Source: Pseudomonadota bacterium
Lineage (GTDB): Bacteria > Pseudomonadota > Gammaproteobacteria > GCA-002705445 > GCA-002716945
NCBI GenBank assembly: GCA_036140295.1
Contig: JAYZYL010000002.1
Coordinates: 64,440 to 128,439, forward strand
DNA length: 64,000 nt
Direction of reading: 5' to 3'
The notes below the pieces were generated by a model. It was not told where the DNA came from. It made no database searches and worked only from the letters and a program-made list of their open reading frames with translations. Numbering within the stretch: position 1 is the stretch's first letter; each line of letters opens with the position of its first letter. Positions 33,401 to 44,901 of this stretch are shown piece after piece. Position numbers and translations under genes: made by a program.

Positions 33401-34908
33401 AAGATTTGGCTCAATTAATATTTGACTTAAAACAAATAAATGATAAGGCTTTAATTTCAGTCAAACTAGTTTCGCAAGCAGGTGTTGGAACAATAGCTGC
33501 TGGTGTAACTAAAGCTTATGCAGATCTAATTACAATCTCAGGTTATGACGGTGGAACTGGAGCAAGTCCTCTTACGTCTGTTAAATATGCTGGCAGCCCT
33601 TGGGAACTTGGTATTAGCGAAACACATCAGACTTTGATGAGAAATAATCTAAGGCATAAGGTAAGGCTTCAAGCAGATGGAGGGTTTAAAACGGGACTTG
33701 ATGTAATTAAGGGTGCGATTCTTGGTGCTGAAAGCTTTGGTTTTGGAACATCGGTAATGGTTGCGCTGGGTTGTAAGTACTTAAGAATTTGTCATTTAAA
33801 TAATTGTGCAACTGGTGTAGCTACTCAAAACAAAATTCTAAGAATGAAACACTTTACTGGTAGTCCTGAAAGAGTGATCAATTATTTCAAATTCATCGCA
33901 CAAGATGTTCGTGAAATTCTTGCACATCTTGGTTTTACTTCAATTAATCAGATAATTGGTAGAACTGATTTACTTAAAAATGTTAAAGGATTAACAGAGA
34001 AGCATAAAAGGCTGAATCTAAAACCCTTACTAACTAAAATATCAAATGGAAGTGAAAGATATTGTACTAAAAAATCTAATGACCCTTTTGATAAGGCTTT
34101 ATTAGCTAAAAGAATTTTAAAGGATACAATGCCATTTATAACTAAAAAGAAAATAAAATCATTTAGTTATAAAATAAAAAACTTTAATAGAAGTATAGGC
34201 GCTAACATCTCAGGAGAAATTGCAAAAATTTATGGGGATGTTGGGCTAAATAAAACCCCAATTACTCTTAATTTAAATGGTACAGCAGGACAAAGTTTGG
34301 GGGCTTGGAATGCCTGTGGCTTAAATATAATCCTCACTGGAGATGCAAATGATTATGTTGGAAAAGGTATGTCTGGTGGAAAAATAGTCTTAAAAACTAC
34401 AGATACATTAAAAAATATAGCAAAAGATATGATCATTATAGGAAATACCTGCCTTTATGGTGCAACAGGGGGTAAACTTTTTGCAGAGGGAATTGCAGGC
34501 GAAAGGTTTGCAGTAAGAAATTCTGGATCCGTTGCAGTTATAGAGGGTAGTGGCGATCATACCTGTGAATATATGACTGGTGGATCAATAATTGTTCTTG
34601 GTAAAACAGGTAATAATTTTGGTGCAGGAATGACTGGTGGCCTTGCATTTGTTTATGATGAGGACAAATTATTTAAAAATAAAATAAATAATCAATCTGT
34701 AGAGATCAAAAATCTAAATGATAAAAAACTTCGGAATCATCAGAGCTACTTACTAAAACTCTTAAAAGAACATTATAGGGAAACAAATAGCTTAAAAACA
34801 AAATATATTTTGAGCGATATTAATAAATTAATGAAGAATTTCTTTATTGTAAAACCAAAAGATGTAAGCCTTTCAAGTCTTCTTAATATTTTAATTAAAG
34901 CTGCATAA
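30451..34908 (+). CDS. gltB: Glutamate synthase (NADPH) large subunit
   Basis: It is 1485 aa with an N-terminal amidotransferase domain (CGFGLIANM) and FMN/Fe-S and GXGXG domains collinear with GltB. Confidence 0.97.
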   Translation: MNRKRTEINGLYSPSFEKDSCGFGLIANMDNKPSHWVIETSIKALQRLTHRGAIADDGKTSDGCGILIKKPDLFCQKISDEMGVELKKNYCLGTIFLNKDKKEQQKAKETLLFQLRKQGLVVEGWRKVPINKKVCGKEALKNIPDIQQIIITADDDVLESDFEKKLYIARIQSEKILLHDDVFYISSLSSRVISYKGLIISDNIKDFYVDLKDKNMKSSLCVFHQRFSTNTLPQWKLAQPFRYLAHNGEINTIQGNRHWYFARRDKLKIDALPELEKLHPLISAEDSDSCTLDNMLELLLTGDMGIFRAMRTLIPPAWQNNQEIDNDLKACYEYHSMHMEPWDGPAGIVLTDGRYAACVLDRNGLRPARYLITSDRHITLASEIGVYDYKDEDVLKKGRLAPGQMLAVDTESGELLLTEQIDKILKERHPYHQWLNKYSMTIPDYDSNLEKPINLDSETLNIYKKLFSVSFEEEKEVIVPLAEMGQEATGSMGDDTPMPVMSQTNRSIYDYFRQQFAQVTNPPIDSLRETSVMSLEVCLGKERNLFEESSKHADRLILKSPILDRQTYNKIITSRHKKYPYDSINLNFDDSIDLEEAINTICDRVTRSVKKGNIIIILSDKKIGKNQLTIPAPMAVGAIHHRLIDNGLRCDCNLIVETATARNPHHFAVLLGYGATAIYPYLSLEILNEMISRNNISPNNYSSYVKNYINGINKGILKIMSKMGISCISSYRGAQLFEIVGLNEEIIDLCFKNSVKRISGASFKDIELEIDENRNLAWDINKKIKTGGLLKYVHGEEFHDFNPNVVKALQECSTTGDYDDYKKFSNLVNSREPSFLRDLLKLKTSNKSIPLSQVESIKKILKRFDTAGMSLGALSPEAHEALAIAMNTIGGRSNSGEGGEDKKRFNSNKTSKIKQVASGRFGVTPHYLVNAEVIQIKIAQGAKPGEGGQLPGHKVNKMIATLRFSVPGVTLISPPPHHDIYSIEDLAQLIFDLKQINDKALISVKLVSQAGVGTIAAGVTKAYADLITISGYDGGTGASPLTSVKYAGSPWELGISETHQTLMRNNLRHKVRLQADGGFKTGLDVIKGAILGAESFGFGTSVMVALGCKYLRICHLNNCATGVATQNKILRMKHFTGSPERVINYFKFIAQDVREILAHLGFTSINQIIGRTDLLKNVKGLTEKHKRLNLKPLLTKISNGSERYCTKKSNDPFDKALLAKRILKDTMPFITKKKIKSFSYKIKNFNRSIGANISGEIAKIYGDVGLNKTPITLNLNGTAGQSLGAWNACGLNIILTGDANDYVGKGMSGGKIVLKTTDTLKNIAKDMIIIGNTCLYGATGGKLFAEGIAGERFAVRNSGSVAVIEGSGDHTCEYMTGGSIIVLGKTGNNFGAGMTGGLAFVYDEDKLFKNKINNQSVEIKNLNDKKLRNHQSYLLKLLKEHYRETNSLKTKYILSDINKLMKNFFIVKPKDVSLSSLLNILIKAA

Positions 34909-36612
34909 ATGAAAAATATTGATAGAGCATTTTTAGATGATTTATTATCTCGAATTGATATTATTGAAATTATAAATGACAAAGTAAAATTAAAACAATA
35001 TGGAAGTAACTACAAAGGTTTATGTCCATTCCATGCCGAGAATACTCCATCCTTTAATGTTTCAAAATCTAAGCAATTCTATCATTGCTTTGGATGTGGA
35101 GCTTCTGGCGATGCAATTAAATTTTTAAAAGAATATGAAGGTCTCACCTTCATGGAAGCTGTAGAAAAATTGTCTACAATAGCTAATATAAAAATTCCTG
35201 AAACTAGTGGCAGTAAATATCAAAACTATGATCAGTTTTTTCAGATAAATAGTTTTGCTCTTTCTATTTTTAAAGTTAATCTTCAAAAAAATCAAACTGC
35301 TCTAAATTATCTTGAATCAAGAAATATTTCAAAAAATGAAATTGGATTTTTTGATATTGGTTTTGCAAATGATAGTTGGGATTTCATGTTCAAAGAATTA
35401 AAAGAGAAGGGGTTTGTTAAGGAGGCAATAGAAATTGGATTATTAACAGAAAAAAATAATAAAATTTATGACCGTTTTAGAAATAGAATTATTTTCCCAA
35501 TAAAAAATTCAACAGGCAGAACTATAGCTTTTGGTGGAAGATCACTAAATTCTGAAGAACCTTCAAAATATATTAATTCCCCAGAATCTAAACTTTTTCA
35601 TAAAAGTTTTGAAGTTTATGGTTTATTTGAAGCTAAACAGACAATAAATAGAGCTGAGAAAGTTATTATTGTTGAAGGTTATACAGATGTAATAGCCCTT
35701 CACATTAATGGATTTAAGAATGTTGTTGCAACTCTTGGTACTGCTTTTACAAAAACACACTTAAGTAAGTTATTAAGGTATACAAAAAATATTATATTTT
35801 GTTTTGATGGCGATAAAGCTGGAAAGAATGCCGCCTGGAAAGCTTTAACAAATAGTTTATCAGAAATTAGAGATGATATAAAAATTGAGTTTGCTTTTTT
35901 GCCAGATGGAAAGGATCCAGATCAGCTTTGTCAAGAAAGCGGAAAGGACTCTTTTGAAAAAATGCTATCCTCATCTATTCCTCTTTCTGAATTCATGTTT
36001 GAAAATTTTAAGGAAAATTTAGACTTAAGTAAGGTAGAAAATAAATCAAAATTCATATCTATGACAAAACCCTTGATTAAACAAATTCCTAAAGGAGTTT
36101 TCAGCACTCTTATGCAAGAAAAACTCTCAAGTTTCGTTAGCATACCAAGAAATGAATTATTTGGTTTTCAGGAAAATCAACAAAAGGATCCTCAAGAAAA
36201 CACTAAAATGTCGATAGACTCTAGCTCGTCAGATTCATATATCCTACCCATTCTCCTGGAATACCCATTGCTTTTAAATTCTTTTGAAGAAAAAATTTGC
36301 AGGATTATTAAAAATGGTTTAGCAAAAAAAATAGTTGGTGTTATCAAAGATTTAAATAAAAAACACAGTAATGTGAATGCTTCTATGATTATAGAGCATC
36401 TTCCTGAAGATAGGGATTTAATCGAAAAATACTTAGAAAAGGAAATTGTTGATAAAGATGAAAATTCTGCATCAAATACACTTGATTTAATTCTATCAAG
36501 TCTAGAGAAAGATATTAATGAAGAGCAGTATTTCTCAATATTGAAAAAATTTTCAGATGGTGACAAACTTACCAATGAGGAAAAGGAAATATTAAAAAAC
36601 TTTAAAAAATAA
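34909..36612 (+). CDS. dnaG: DNA primase
   Basis: Zinc-binding CPFHAENTPSFNVS...HCFGCGASGD and a Toprim EGYTDV motif. Its ATG directly abuts the gltB TAA. Confidence 0.95.
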   Translation: MKNIDRAFLDDLLSRIDIIEIINDKVKLKQYGSNYKGLCPFHAENTPSFNVSKSKQFYHCFGCGASGDAIKFLKEYEGLTFMEAVEKLSTIANIKIPETSGSKYQNYDQFFQINSFALSIFKVNLQKNQTALNYLESRNISKNEIGFFDIGFANDSWDFMFKELKEKGFVKEAIEIGLLTEKNNKIYDRFRNRIIFPIKNSTGRTIAFGGRSLNSEEPSKYINSPESKLFHKSFEVYGLFEAKQTINRAEKVIIVEGYTDVIALHINGFKNVVATLGTAFTKTHLSKLLRYTKNIIFCFDGDKAGKNAAWKALTNSLSEIRDDIKIEFAFLPDGKDPDQLCQESGKDSFEKMLSSSIPLSEFMFENFKENLDLSKVENKSKFISMTKPLIKQIPKGVFSTLMQEKLSSFVSIPRNELFGFQENQQKDPQENTKMSIDSSSSDSYILPILLEYPLLLNSFEEKICRIIKNGLAKKIVGVIKDLNKKHSNVNASMIIEHLPEDRDLIEKYLEKEIVDKDENSASNTLDLILSSLEKDINEEQYFSILKKFSDGDKLTNEEKEILKNFKK

Positions 36613-36662
36613 CATTTTTATTATGCAACTAAATAATAAAAATGTTATAGTCACTGAAAATT

Positions 36663-37835
36663 ATGTCTACTCAATTTCAATTTACCTCAGAGAGCGTATC
36701 ACCAGGACACCCTGATAAGCTTTGTGACCAGCTTTCAGACACTGTATTAGATAGTGTCTTAAAACAGGATAAAAATGCTAGAGTTGCTTGCGAGGTACTC
36801 GTTAAGGGTAAAAAAAATGAATCTGGTAAAGTAGTTATAGCTGGAGAGATTTCTTCCTCATCATCATTAGATTTTGAGACTGAAATAAGGGATGTAATTA
36901 ATGATATAGGCTATAATTCAGATTCTTTAGGCTTCAATGGTTCATCTTGTGAAATATTAACTTTTATTAATCAACAATCAGGTGATATAAAAAAAGGTGT
37001 AGACAAAAATGATTTAGAAGAACAAGGTGCTGGAGATCAAGGATTGATGTTTGGGTATGCTACAAATGAAACTGAAATTTTAATGCCAGCTCCTATTTAT
37101 TACTCTCACCGTTTAGTTGAAAAACAGGCAGAGGTACTAAAAAATAAATCTGTTGATTGGATTAGACCGGATGCTAAAAGTCAAGTAACTTTCTTGTATG
37201 AAGATAATAAACCAACTCTTGTTGATACAGTTGTTCTATCAACCCAGCATAACGAAAATGTTTCAACCCGTGATATTGAAGATCTTGTTATTAATCAAAT
37301 TATAAAGAAAGTTATTCCAGTTAAATACTTATATTCTGGTACAAAATACTTTGTAAATCCAACCGGAAGCTTTGTTGATGGTGGACCAATGGGAGACTGT
37401 GGGCTTACAGGAAGAAAAATAATTGTTGATACTTATGGTGGTATGGCAAGACATGGAGGTGGCGCATTTTCAGGAAAAGACCCTTCTAAGGTTGATAGAT
37501 CTGCTGCATACATGTGTCGTTATATTGCAAAAAATATAGTTGCTGCAGGAATTTCTGAAAGATGTGAAATTCAAATATCTTATGCAATAGGGGTTAAAAA
37601 ACCTACTTCAATTTCTGTAAACACATTTGGAACTGGAAAAATTACTGATGACAAAATTGTTAAAATTGTCCAAAATATTTTTAAATTAACACCAAGAGGA
37701 ATTATTGATTCCCTAGATTTATTGAATAAGAAATATTATCCAACAGCAGTCTTTGGTCATTTTGGAAGAGAAGGTGCTAATTTCTCATGGGAACAGACAG
37801 ATAAGATTGATATACTAAAAGATCAAGCGTTTTAA
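36663..37835 (+). CDS. metK: S-adenosylmethionine synthetase
   Basis: [29 protein letters not shown] and [19 protein letters not shown] motifs. Confidence 0.97.
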   Translation: MSTQFQFTSESVSPGHPDKLCDQLSDTVLDSVLKQDKNARVACEVLVKGKKNESGKVVIAGEISSSSSLDFETEIRDVINDIGYNSDSLGFNGSSCEILTFINQQSGDIKKGVDKNDLEEQGAGDQGLMFGYATNETEILMPAPIYYSHRLVEKQAEVLKNKSVDWIRPDAKSQVTFLYEDNKPTLVDTVVLSTQHNENVSTRDIEDLVINQIIKKVIPVKYLYSGTKYFVNPTGSFVDGGPMGDCGLTGRKIIVDTYGGMARHGGGAFSGKDPSKVDRSAAYMCRYIAKNIVAAGISERCEIQISYAIGVKKPTSISVNTFGTGKITDDKIVKIVQNIFKLTPRGIIDSLDLLNKKYYPTAVFGHFGREGANFSWEQTDKIDILKDQAF

Positions 37836-37842
37836 TTAGTAA

Positions 37843-39165
<1,323 letters not shown>

Positions 39166-39203
39166 TCTTAGATTAAAATTGCTTTTTTTTCTTGAATACT
39201 TAC

Positions 39204-40568
39204 ATGTCTTCAAAACATAAGAATATTATTAATAAGATTGTTAAGAGAGATCTAAAAACATTGTGGCATCCCTGCACACAAATGAAAGATCATGAAAATA
39301 TTCCACTTATACCAATTAAAAGGGGTAAAGGAGTTTGGATTGAAGATTATAGTGGAGAAAAATATATTGATGCTATAAGTTCTTGGTGGGTTAATCTATT
39401 CGGACATTGTAATTCCTATATAAATAAGAAAGTTAGAGTTCAACTTGAAGAATTGGAACATGTTCTTTTAGCTGGTTTTACACATATGCCAGCTATAGAA
39501 CTTTCTGAAAGATTAATTAAATTAGCTCCAAAGGAAATAAAGAAATGTTTTTTTGCAGACAATGGTTCTTCAGCTATAGATGCTGCCATGAAAATGAGTT
39601 TTCACTATTGGAAAAATAAAGGTTACTCTAAAAAAAATAAATTTATTGCTCTATCTAATAGTTATCACGGAGAAACTTTAGGGGCTTTATCTATAAGCAA
39701 TATTGATTTGTACAAAAAAACATATAAAGGGATTCTTAAAAATACAATTTTAGTAAAATCCCCTGATTGTTTCTATAAAAATGAAAAAGAATCCGATAAA
39801 AACTATACAAAAAAAATGTTTGATGAAATGCTTAAAAAAATTAAGAGTAATCATAAGGAAGTCTGTTCTGTAATAGTTGAACCATTGGTGCAGTGTGCAG
39901 GATATATGCGAATGTATCACCCTGTCTATCTAAGTCTTCTAAGAGAAACTTGCTCGAAATACAACGTTCATTTAATAGTGGATGAAATTGCTGTTGGCTT
40001 TGGTAGAACAGGAACAATGTTTGCTTTTGAACAATCAAAAATTGTGCCTGATATTATATGTTTGTCAAAAGGAATTACTGGAGGCTACATGGCATTATCA
40101 TCTATTTTAACAACTGAAGAAGTTTATGAAGCTTTTTATGATGAATATATTAAATTAAATGCTTTTTTACACTCACATAGTTATACAGCTAACCCAATTG
40201 CGTGTACAGCTGCTTGTGCATCATTAGATCTATTTAAAAAATATAATACTTTAAAGAACAATCGAATACTTTCAAATTATATTCAAAACAAGATGACTCA
40301 TTTATTGGATCATCCTAATGTTGCTGAAATACGCCAAAAAGGTATGATTATTGCTGTAGAGATAGTTAAAGATAAGAGGAGAAGAACTCCATATGATTGG
40401 AAAGAAAGAAGAGGTATGCGAGCTTATTTATATGGCCTCAAAAATAATGTTTTAATTCGTCCTTTAGGTAATGTAATTTATTTTATGCCGCCTTATGTAA
40501 TTACATTTAAAGAAATAGATAAGGTGATTGATGTAATTACGGGCGCTATACATGAAGCAACCAAATAA
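39204..40568 (+). CDS. bioA: Adenosylmethionine-8-amino-7-oxononanoate aminotransferase
   Basis: LWHPCTQMKDH, the PLP-lysine region CLSKGITGGY and DEIAVGFGRTG. ATG 39204 is preferred over the TTG at 39192. Confidence 0.9.
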   Translation: MSSKHKNIINKIVKRDLKTLWHPCTQMKDHENIPLIPIKRGKGVWIEDYSGEKYIDAISSWWVNLFGHCNSYINKKVRVQLEELEHVLLAGFTHMPAIELSERLIKLAPKEIKKCFFADNGSSAIDAAMKMSFHYWKNKGYSKKNKFIALSNSYHGETLGALSISNIDLYKKTYKGILKNTILVKSPDCFYKNEKESDKNYTKKMFDEMLKKIKSNHKEVCSVIVEPLVQCAGYMRMYHPVYLSLLRETCSKYNVHLIVDEIAVGFGRTGTMFAFEQSKIVPDIICLSKGITGGYMALSSILTTEEVYEAFYDEYIKLNAFLHSHSYTANPIACTAACASLDLFKKYNTLKNNRILSNYIQNKMTHLLDHPNVAEIRQKGMIIAVEIVKDKRRRTPYDWKERRGMRAYLYGLKNNVLIRPLGNVIYFMPPYVITFKEIDKVIDVITGAIHEATK

Positions 40569-41265
40569 ACAACACAGAATATTTTTAAATAAGCCCATTA
40601 AAATAAAAGAGGAGATAGATATTTCGAATGAGGCCTTGCATCACATGCAAAATGTTCTCAGAATAAAAAAAAGTGAAGAAATAGTTGTTTTTAATGGGGA
40701 TGGAAAAGAATTCAAAGGGTTCTTAATTAAGGGAACTCAAATGAAGATTCAAATTACAGAATTGTTAAGAGAGGTAAATCCTCCAAAGAAAAAAATTATT
40801 TTGGCGCAATGTATTTCAAGTTCTCGGCATATGGATTTTGCAATACAAAAATCTGTTGAAATAGGTATACACCTGATAATACCGATAATATCAATAAGAA
40901 GTCATCCAGGAAATCATCTTAAAAAAATTGAACATTGGAAGAAAATCATTATCCATGCAACTGAACAATCACATGGGCTCTTTATTCCTGAAATTTATGA
41001 AGCAATGGATCTTAAAAAATTTCTTAATTACCAAATCTTTAAAAATTTTTATAAGGTTATGTTACACCAACCAGGAAGGAAAATAACCAAAAAAGACTCT
41101 GGTTTTAATGAGATAATTATTTTGGTTGGTCCAGAAGGAGGTTTTGATTATAGGGAAATAGAAGATGCAAGAAAAGAAAATTGGAATATAATAAGTTTAG
41201 GAGACAGAATTTTAAGAACGGAAACCGCTGCAATAGTAGCGCATACACTACTTGAAGATTTTTAA
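40552..41265 (+). CDS. rsmE: 16S rRNA (uracil1498-N3)-methyltransferase
   Basis: RsmE/SPOUT C-terminal motifs (VGPEGGF, LGDRILRTETAA). It overlaps bioA by 17 nt. Confidence 0.85.
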   Translation: MKQPNKQHRIFLNKPIKIKEEIDISNEALHHMQNVLRIKKSEEIVVFNGDGKEFKGFLIKGTQMKIQITELLREVNPPKKKIILAQCISSSRHMDFAIQKSVEIGIHLIIPIISIRSHPGNHLKKIEHWKKIIIHATEQSHGLFIPEIYEAMDLKKFLNYQIFKNFYKVMLHQPGRKITKKDSGFNEIIILVGPEGGFDYREIEDARKENWNIISLGDRILRTETAAIVAHTLLEDF

Positions 41266-41273
41266 TAATTAGG

Positions 41274-42527
41274 ATGAATAAACAAAATACCGTTGAATAT
41301 ATAAAAGCTTTTCCTGACAAGAGCTTACATTCAAGCATTATAAACAATCATAATCAGATTGAAACATGGTTTAGACGGCAATGGATTAAATATCCACCTC
41401 CATTTTATTCATCAATAGACATTCGAAATTCTGGTTTTAAAATTTCACCTGTTGATACTAATCTTTTCCCAGCTGGTTTCAATAATTTAAACAAAGATTT
41501 TGAATTTCTATATATTGCAGCTATACAACATGCTTTAGAGAGAATTTCAGAAAAAATCTCAAAAATTTTAATAATCCCAGAGAATCATACAAGAAATAAA
41601 TTTTATTTAAAAAGCTTAGACACACTTGTTAGCTTAATCAGAAAAGCTGGTTACGAAGTGTGCATTGGAAGAATAGGGGATAAGAATAATTTTTTCACAG
41701 ATGAAAAAAAGTTTATTAAAAAAGATAATTATTTAGTTTTTGGAGATTATAACCCAGATATAATTGTTCTTAATAATGATCTGTCTAATGGGATCCCATC
41801 TATACTGAATAACGTTAAACAACCAATTTTACCAGATAAAAATATAGGTTGGTCTAATAGATCTAAAACAATACATTTTGATTATTATAGTGATATAGTA
41901 AATAGTTTTTCAAAAATTCTTGATATTGATTCGTGGTTCTTAGAGCCACAATTTAGAAATTGTGGAGAAATTGATTTCCAAACAAAACAGGGTGAAGATT
42001 GTCTCTTATACAATGCCGATAAACTATTTAAATTAATACAAAAAAAGTATGATGAATATTCAATAAAGGAAAACCCATACATAATGATTAAAGCTGATTC
42101 AGGAACTTATGGTATAGGTATTATAAGAATTGACAGCATGGAAGCCTTAAAGAGTTTGAACAGAAAACAACGGACAAGAATGTCAAAAACCAAAGGTGGA
42201 AATAAATTAGATAAGGTGATTTTACAGGAAGGAATATATTCTTATGAAAAATTGAAACCATCAAACTATGTTGCCGAACCTGTTATATATTCTTTTGGAA
42301 GTAATCTTGTTGGTGGGTTTTATAGATTACATAATATGAAAAACAATTCAGAAAATCTAAATGCACCAGGAATGATATTTCATCCAATCCCATTTGAGAA
42401 TGCTTGCTTGAGCCCGAACCCAGATGAGCCAATTTACTCGGAAATAAATAAATTTTATATTTATGGAGTAATTGCCCGCTTAGCTATATTAGCTGCTGCT
42501 AAAGAAATCTATAATATTGGAGACTAA
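41274..42527 (+). CDS. gshA: Glutamate--cysteine ligase, Acidithiobacillus ferrooxidans-type family (assignment from memory plus context)
   Basis: It is ~417 aa, and the N-terminal FYSSIDIRNSGFKISPVDTNLFPAGFNN resembles the non-E. coli GshA family common in beta- and some gammaproteobacteria. gshB follows immediately. Confidence 0.65.
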   Translation: MNKQNTVEYIKAFPDKSLHSSIINNHNQIETWFRRQWIKYPPPFYSSIDIRNSGFKISPVDTNLFPAGFNNLNKDFEFLYIAAIQHALERISEKISKILIIPENHTRNKFYLKSLDTLVSLIRKAGYEVCIGRIGDKNNFFTDEKKFIKKDNYLVFGDYNPDIIVLNNDLSNGIPSILNNVKQPILPDKNIGWSNRSKTIHFDYYSDIVNSFSKILDIDSWFLEPQFRNCGEIDFQTKQGEDCLLYNADKLFKLIQKKYDEYSIKENPYIMIKADSGTYGIGIIRIDSMEALKSLNRKQRTRMSKTKGGNKLDKVILQEGIYSYEKLKPSNYVAEPVIYSFGSNLVGGFYRLHNMKNNSENLNAPGMIFHPIPFENACLSPNPDEPIYSEINKFYIYGVIARLAILAAAKEIYNIGD

Positions 42528-42532
42528 ATAGA

Positions 42533-43510
42533 TTGTTTAAATTTGGTATCGTTATGGATTCGATTCACTCAATTAATCCTCAATGGGATAGTACATTCGC
42601 ATTGATGTTAGCTCTTCAGAAAAAATGTTTGGTTGAATATATTAAACCACATACCATGCATCTTGAAGATACAAAAGTATTTGCTCATTCTTCCTTGATT
42701 AGACTTTCTAGAAGCAAAAAAAAGTATTTTTTAATCTCAAAATCAAGGAAGGTAAATCTAAATAGTTTTGACTGTATCTTATTCAGAACCAACCCCCCTG
42801 TTGATGCTGACTATATACAAACAACATATTTATTGGATCAAATAGAAAATAATGGGACTTTAGTTATTAATTCACCCCAGTCTTTACGAGACTTCAATGA
42901 AAAGATATTGGGGACTAGTTTTTTTAAAAAGAAACTTCCTATGATGATTGTTAGTGATATTAACATGATTAAGAAATTTATAAGAAAACATAAAAAAGTT
43001 GTTATTAAACCATTGAATCTTATGGCAGGAAAATCTATATCTTTGCTTACAGATACTGATCAAAATAAAGAAAAAATAATTAAAGAAGTTACAAATAATG
43101 GGAAAACTTTAGTAATGATTCAGAAATTTATAAAAGAAATTATTAAGGGTGATACAAGAATTATAATTTATAATGGAATTGTCTATGAAAAGGTATTAGT
43201 CAGATATCCTCCTAAAAATGAATTCCGTGCAAATCTAGCTTATGGAGGTAAGTTTTTTGTAAAAAATATTCTTGATAAGCATAAAAATTTTTTATCGGAA
43301 ATAGGTCAATACTTAAAATCAAATGGAATTTACCTTGCTGGGGTTGATATGATTGATGAATATATTACAGAAATCAATATCACTTCTCCATCAGGTATTC
43401 AGGAAATAGATAAAGAAACTAATTATGATTTGAGCAAAAAAATAACAAATGAGTTTATAAAAGTTCTAAAAATGTATTATAGTCATGAAAAAAAAATATT
43501 GCCCAAGTGA
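42533..43510 (+). CDS. gshB: Glutathione synthetase
   Basis: A TTG start gives MFKFGIVMDSIHSINPQWDSTFALM, collinear with E. coli GshB MIKLGIVMDPIANINIKKDSSFAML. The C-terminal half is ATP-grasp. Confidence 0.85.
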   Translation: MFKFGIVMDSIHSINPQWDSTFALMLALQKKCLVEYIKPHTMHLEDTKVFAHSSLIRLSRSKKKYFLISKSRKVNLNSFDCILFRTNPPVDADYIQTTYLLDQIENNGTLVINSPQSLRDFNEKILGTSFFKKKLPMMIVSDINMIKKFIRKHKKVVIKPLNLMAGKSISLLTDTDQNKEKIIKEVTNNGKTLVMIQKFIKEIIKGDTRIIIYNGIVYEKVLVRYPPKNEFRANLAYGGKFFVKNILDKHKNFLSEIGQYLKSNGIYLAGVDMIDEYITEINITSPSGIQEIDKETNYDLSKKITNEFIKVLKMYYSHEKKILPK

Positions 43511-43937
43511 TAATATAATTTTTTTTGGGATTGATTTTGGAATAAAGAAAATAGGGATAGCTATTAGCCAAAATATAACAAAAAAAGCATCTCCACTGAA
43601 AATAATTTATAATAAGAAAAGCACCACAAACTGGGAAGAATTAGATAAGATTATAAAAAAGTGGTCACCCAAAGTAATAGTGGTTGGTCAACCTCACGCA
43701 AGGACACGAAATAGCTTCATTAAATCTCTAAATTATTTTCATGAAGAATTAAAGCAGAAATATGGTGGAAATCTAGAAATTATAAGATACTCTGAGATTT
43801 TAACAACTGAAGAGAGTAAAACTATGCACAGAGAAATGAGGCAAACCCATGAACAAATAAACAAAAGATCTCATTTTGATGATCTCTCTGCATCAATAAT
43901 CTTGCAAAGCTGGCTTAATGAAAATATGATAAGTTGA
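43485..43937 (+). CDS. ruvX: Putative pre-16S rRNA nuclease / Holliday junction resolvase-like YqgF
   Basis: GIDFGIKKIGIAIS N-terminal motif and C-terminal DDLSASIILQSWL. It overlaps gshB by 26 nt. Confidence 0.85.
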   Translation: MKKKYCPSDNIIFFGIDFGIKKIGIAISQNITKKASPLKIIYNKKSTTNWEELDKIIKKWSPKVIVVGQPHARTRNSFIKSLNYFHEELKQKYGGNLEIIRYSEILTTEESKTMHREMRQTHEQINKRSHFDDLSASIILQSWLNENMIS

Positions 43938-43941
43938 TAGT

Positions 43942-44901
43942 ATGAACTTTGATCACAAAATCCAATTCAACTCCCAAAATAGATTGGAACATTTTCTTAA
44001 TGTAGAGCTGCTTACTCCAAGTCATATTAATGAGATTATTTCTTTAGCAGAATACTATGAAGATGAAAATATAAAAAAATTTAATGATTTAAGTGGAAAA
44101 ACAATTGCTAGTCTATTTTTTGAACCTAGTACTCGTACAAAAACAACCTTTGAATTAGCTTCAAAAAAATTGTCAGCTGATTTTATAAATATAGATGTTG
44201 CTAATTCTTCAACTAATAAAGGTGAATCTGTTTTAGATATGATTAAGACACTAGAAGCAATGGATTGTGACATGTTTATAGTCCGACATTCAGTTCCTGG
44301 TACACCTAACTATATTGCCCAAGAGGTTGGAAAGAATATTGCTGTTATTAATGCAGGTGATGGATCCCATGCACATCCAACCCAAGCAATGCTTGACATA
44401 TTTACTATAAAAAAACACAAAGATGATTTTAAGGATCTAAATATTTCAATTGTTGGAGATGTTTTACATTCAAGAGTTGCAAGATCAACTATCTCTGCTT
44501 TAAATATTTTATCAGTAAAAAATATTAATGTAGTTGGACCAAAAAATTTAATGCCGGAAGATTTAAAAGAGATGAATGTGAACTATGTTAAGGATTTTGA
44601 AGAAGGGATTGAACGGTCTGATGTTATTATCATGTTGAGGCTACAAAAAGAAAGGATGCATGAAGCACTGATTTCTACAGATGATTATTATAAAGACTAT
44701 GGATTAACACAAAAAAAACTAAGTGTTGCTAAAAATGATGTTATTGTAATGCACCCTGGACCAATAAATAGAGGAATTGAAATAGACTCTGATGTTGCTG
44801 ATGGAAAAAATTCAGTGATTCTAGATCAAGTTTCATCTGGAATTGCAATTAGAATGGCAATTATGTCTCTAGTCTTTAAGAATCGAAAATTAAATAAATG
44901 A
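43942..44901 (+). CDS. pyrB: Aspartate carbamoyltransferase catalytic subunit
   Basis: STRTKTTFE, HPTQ and HPGP motifs. Confidence 0.95.
   Translation: MNFDHKIQFNSQNRLEHFLNVELLTPSHINEIISLAEYYEDENIKKFNDLSGKTIASLFFEPSTRTKTTFELASKKLSADFINIDVANSSTNKGESVLDMIKTLEAMDCDMFIVRHSVPGTPNYIAQEVGKNIAVINAGDGSHAHPTQAMLDIFTIKKHKDDFKDLNISIVGDVLHSRVARSTISALNILSVKNINVVGPKNLMPEDLKEMNVNYVKDFEEGIERSDVIIMLRLQKERMHEALISTDDYYKDYGLTQKKLSVAKNDVIVMHPGPINRGIEIDSDVADGKNSVILDQVSSGIAIRMAIMSLVFKNRKLNK

Noticed and set aside
36613-36662. Possible SAM riboswitch upstream of metK, or SAH riboswitch upstream of ahcY (37836-37851).
   Set aside because: The spacers are only 50 nt and 16 nt, too short for any known SAM or SAH riboswitch aptamer plus expression platform. 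No conserved aptamer sequence was seen.
43485-43496. A9 homopolymer right after the ruvX ATG within the gshB/ruvX overlap, as a possible slippage or phase-variation site.
   Set aside because: Poly-A runs of this length are common throughout this AT-rich sequence, for example in many Lys-rich codon stretches. Both reading frames are intact as given.
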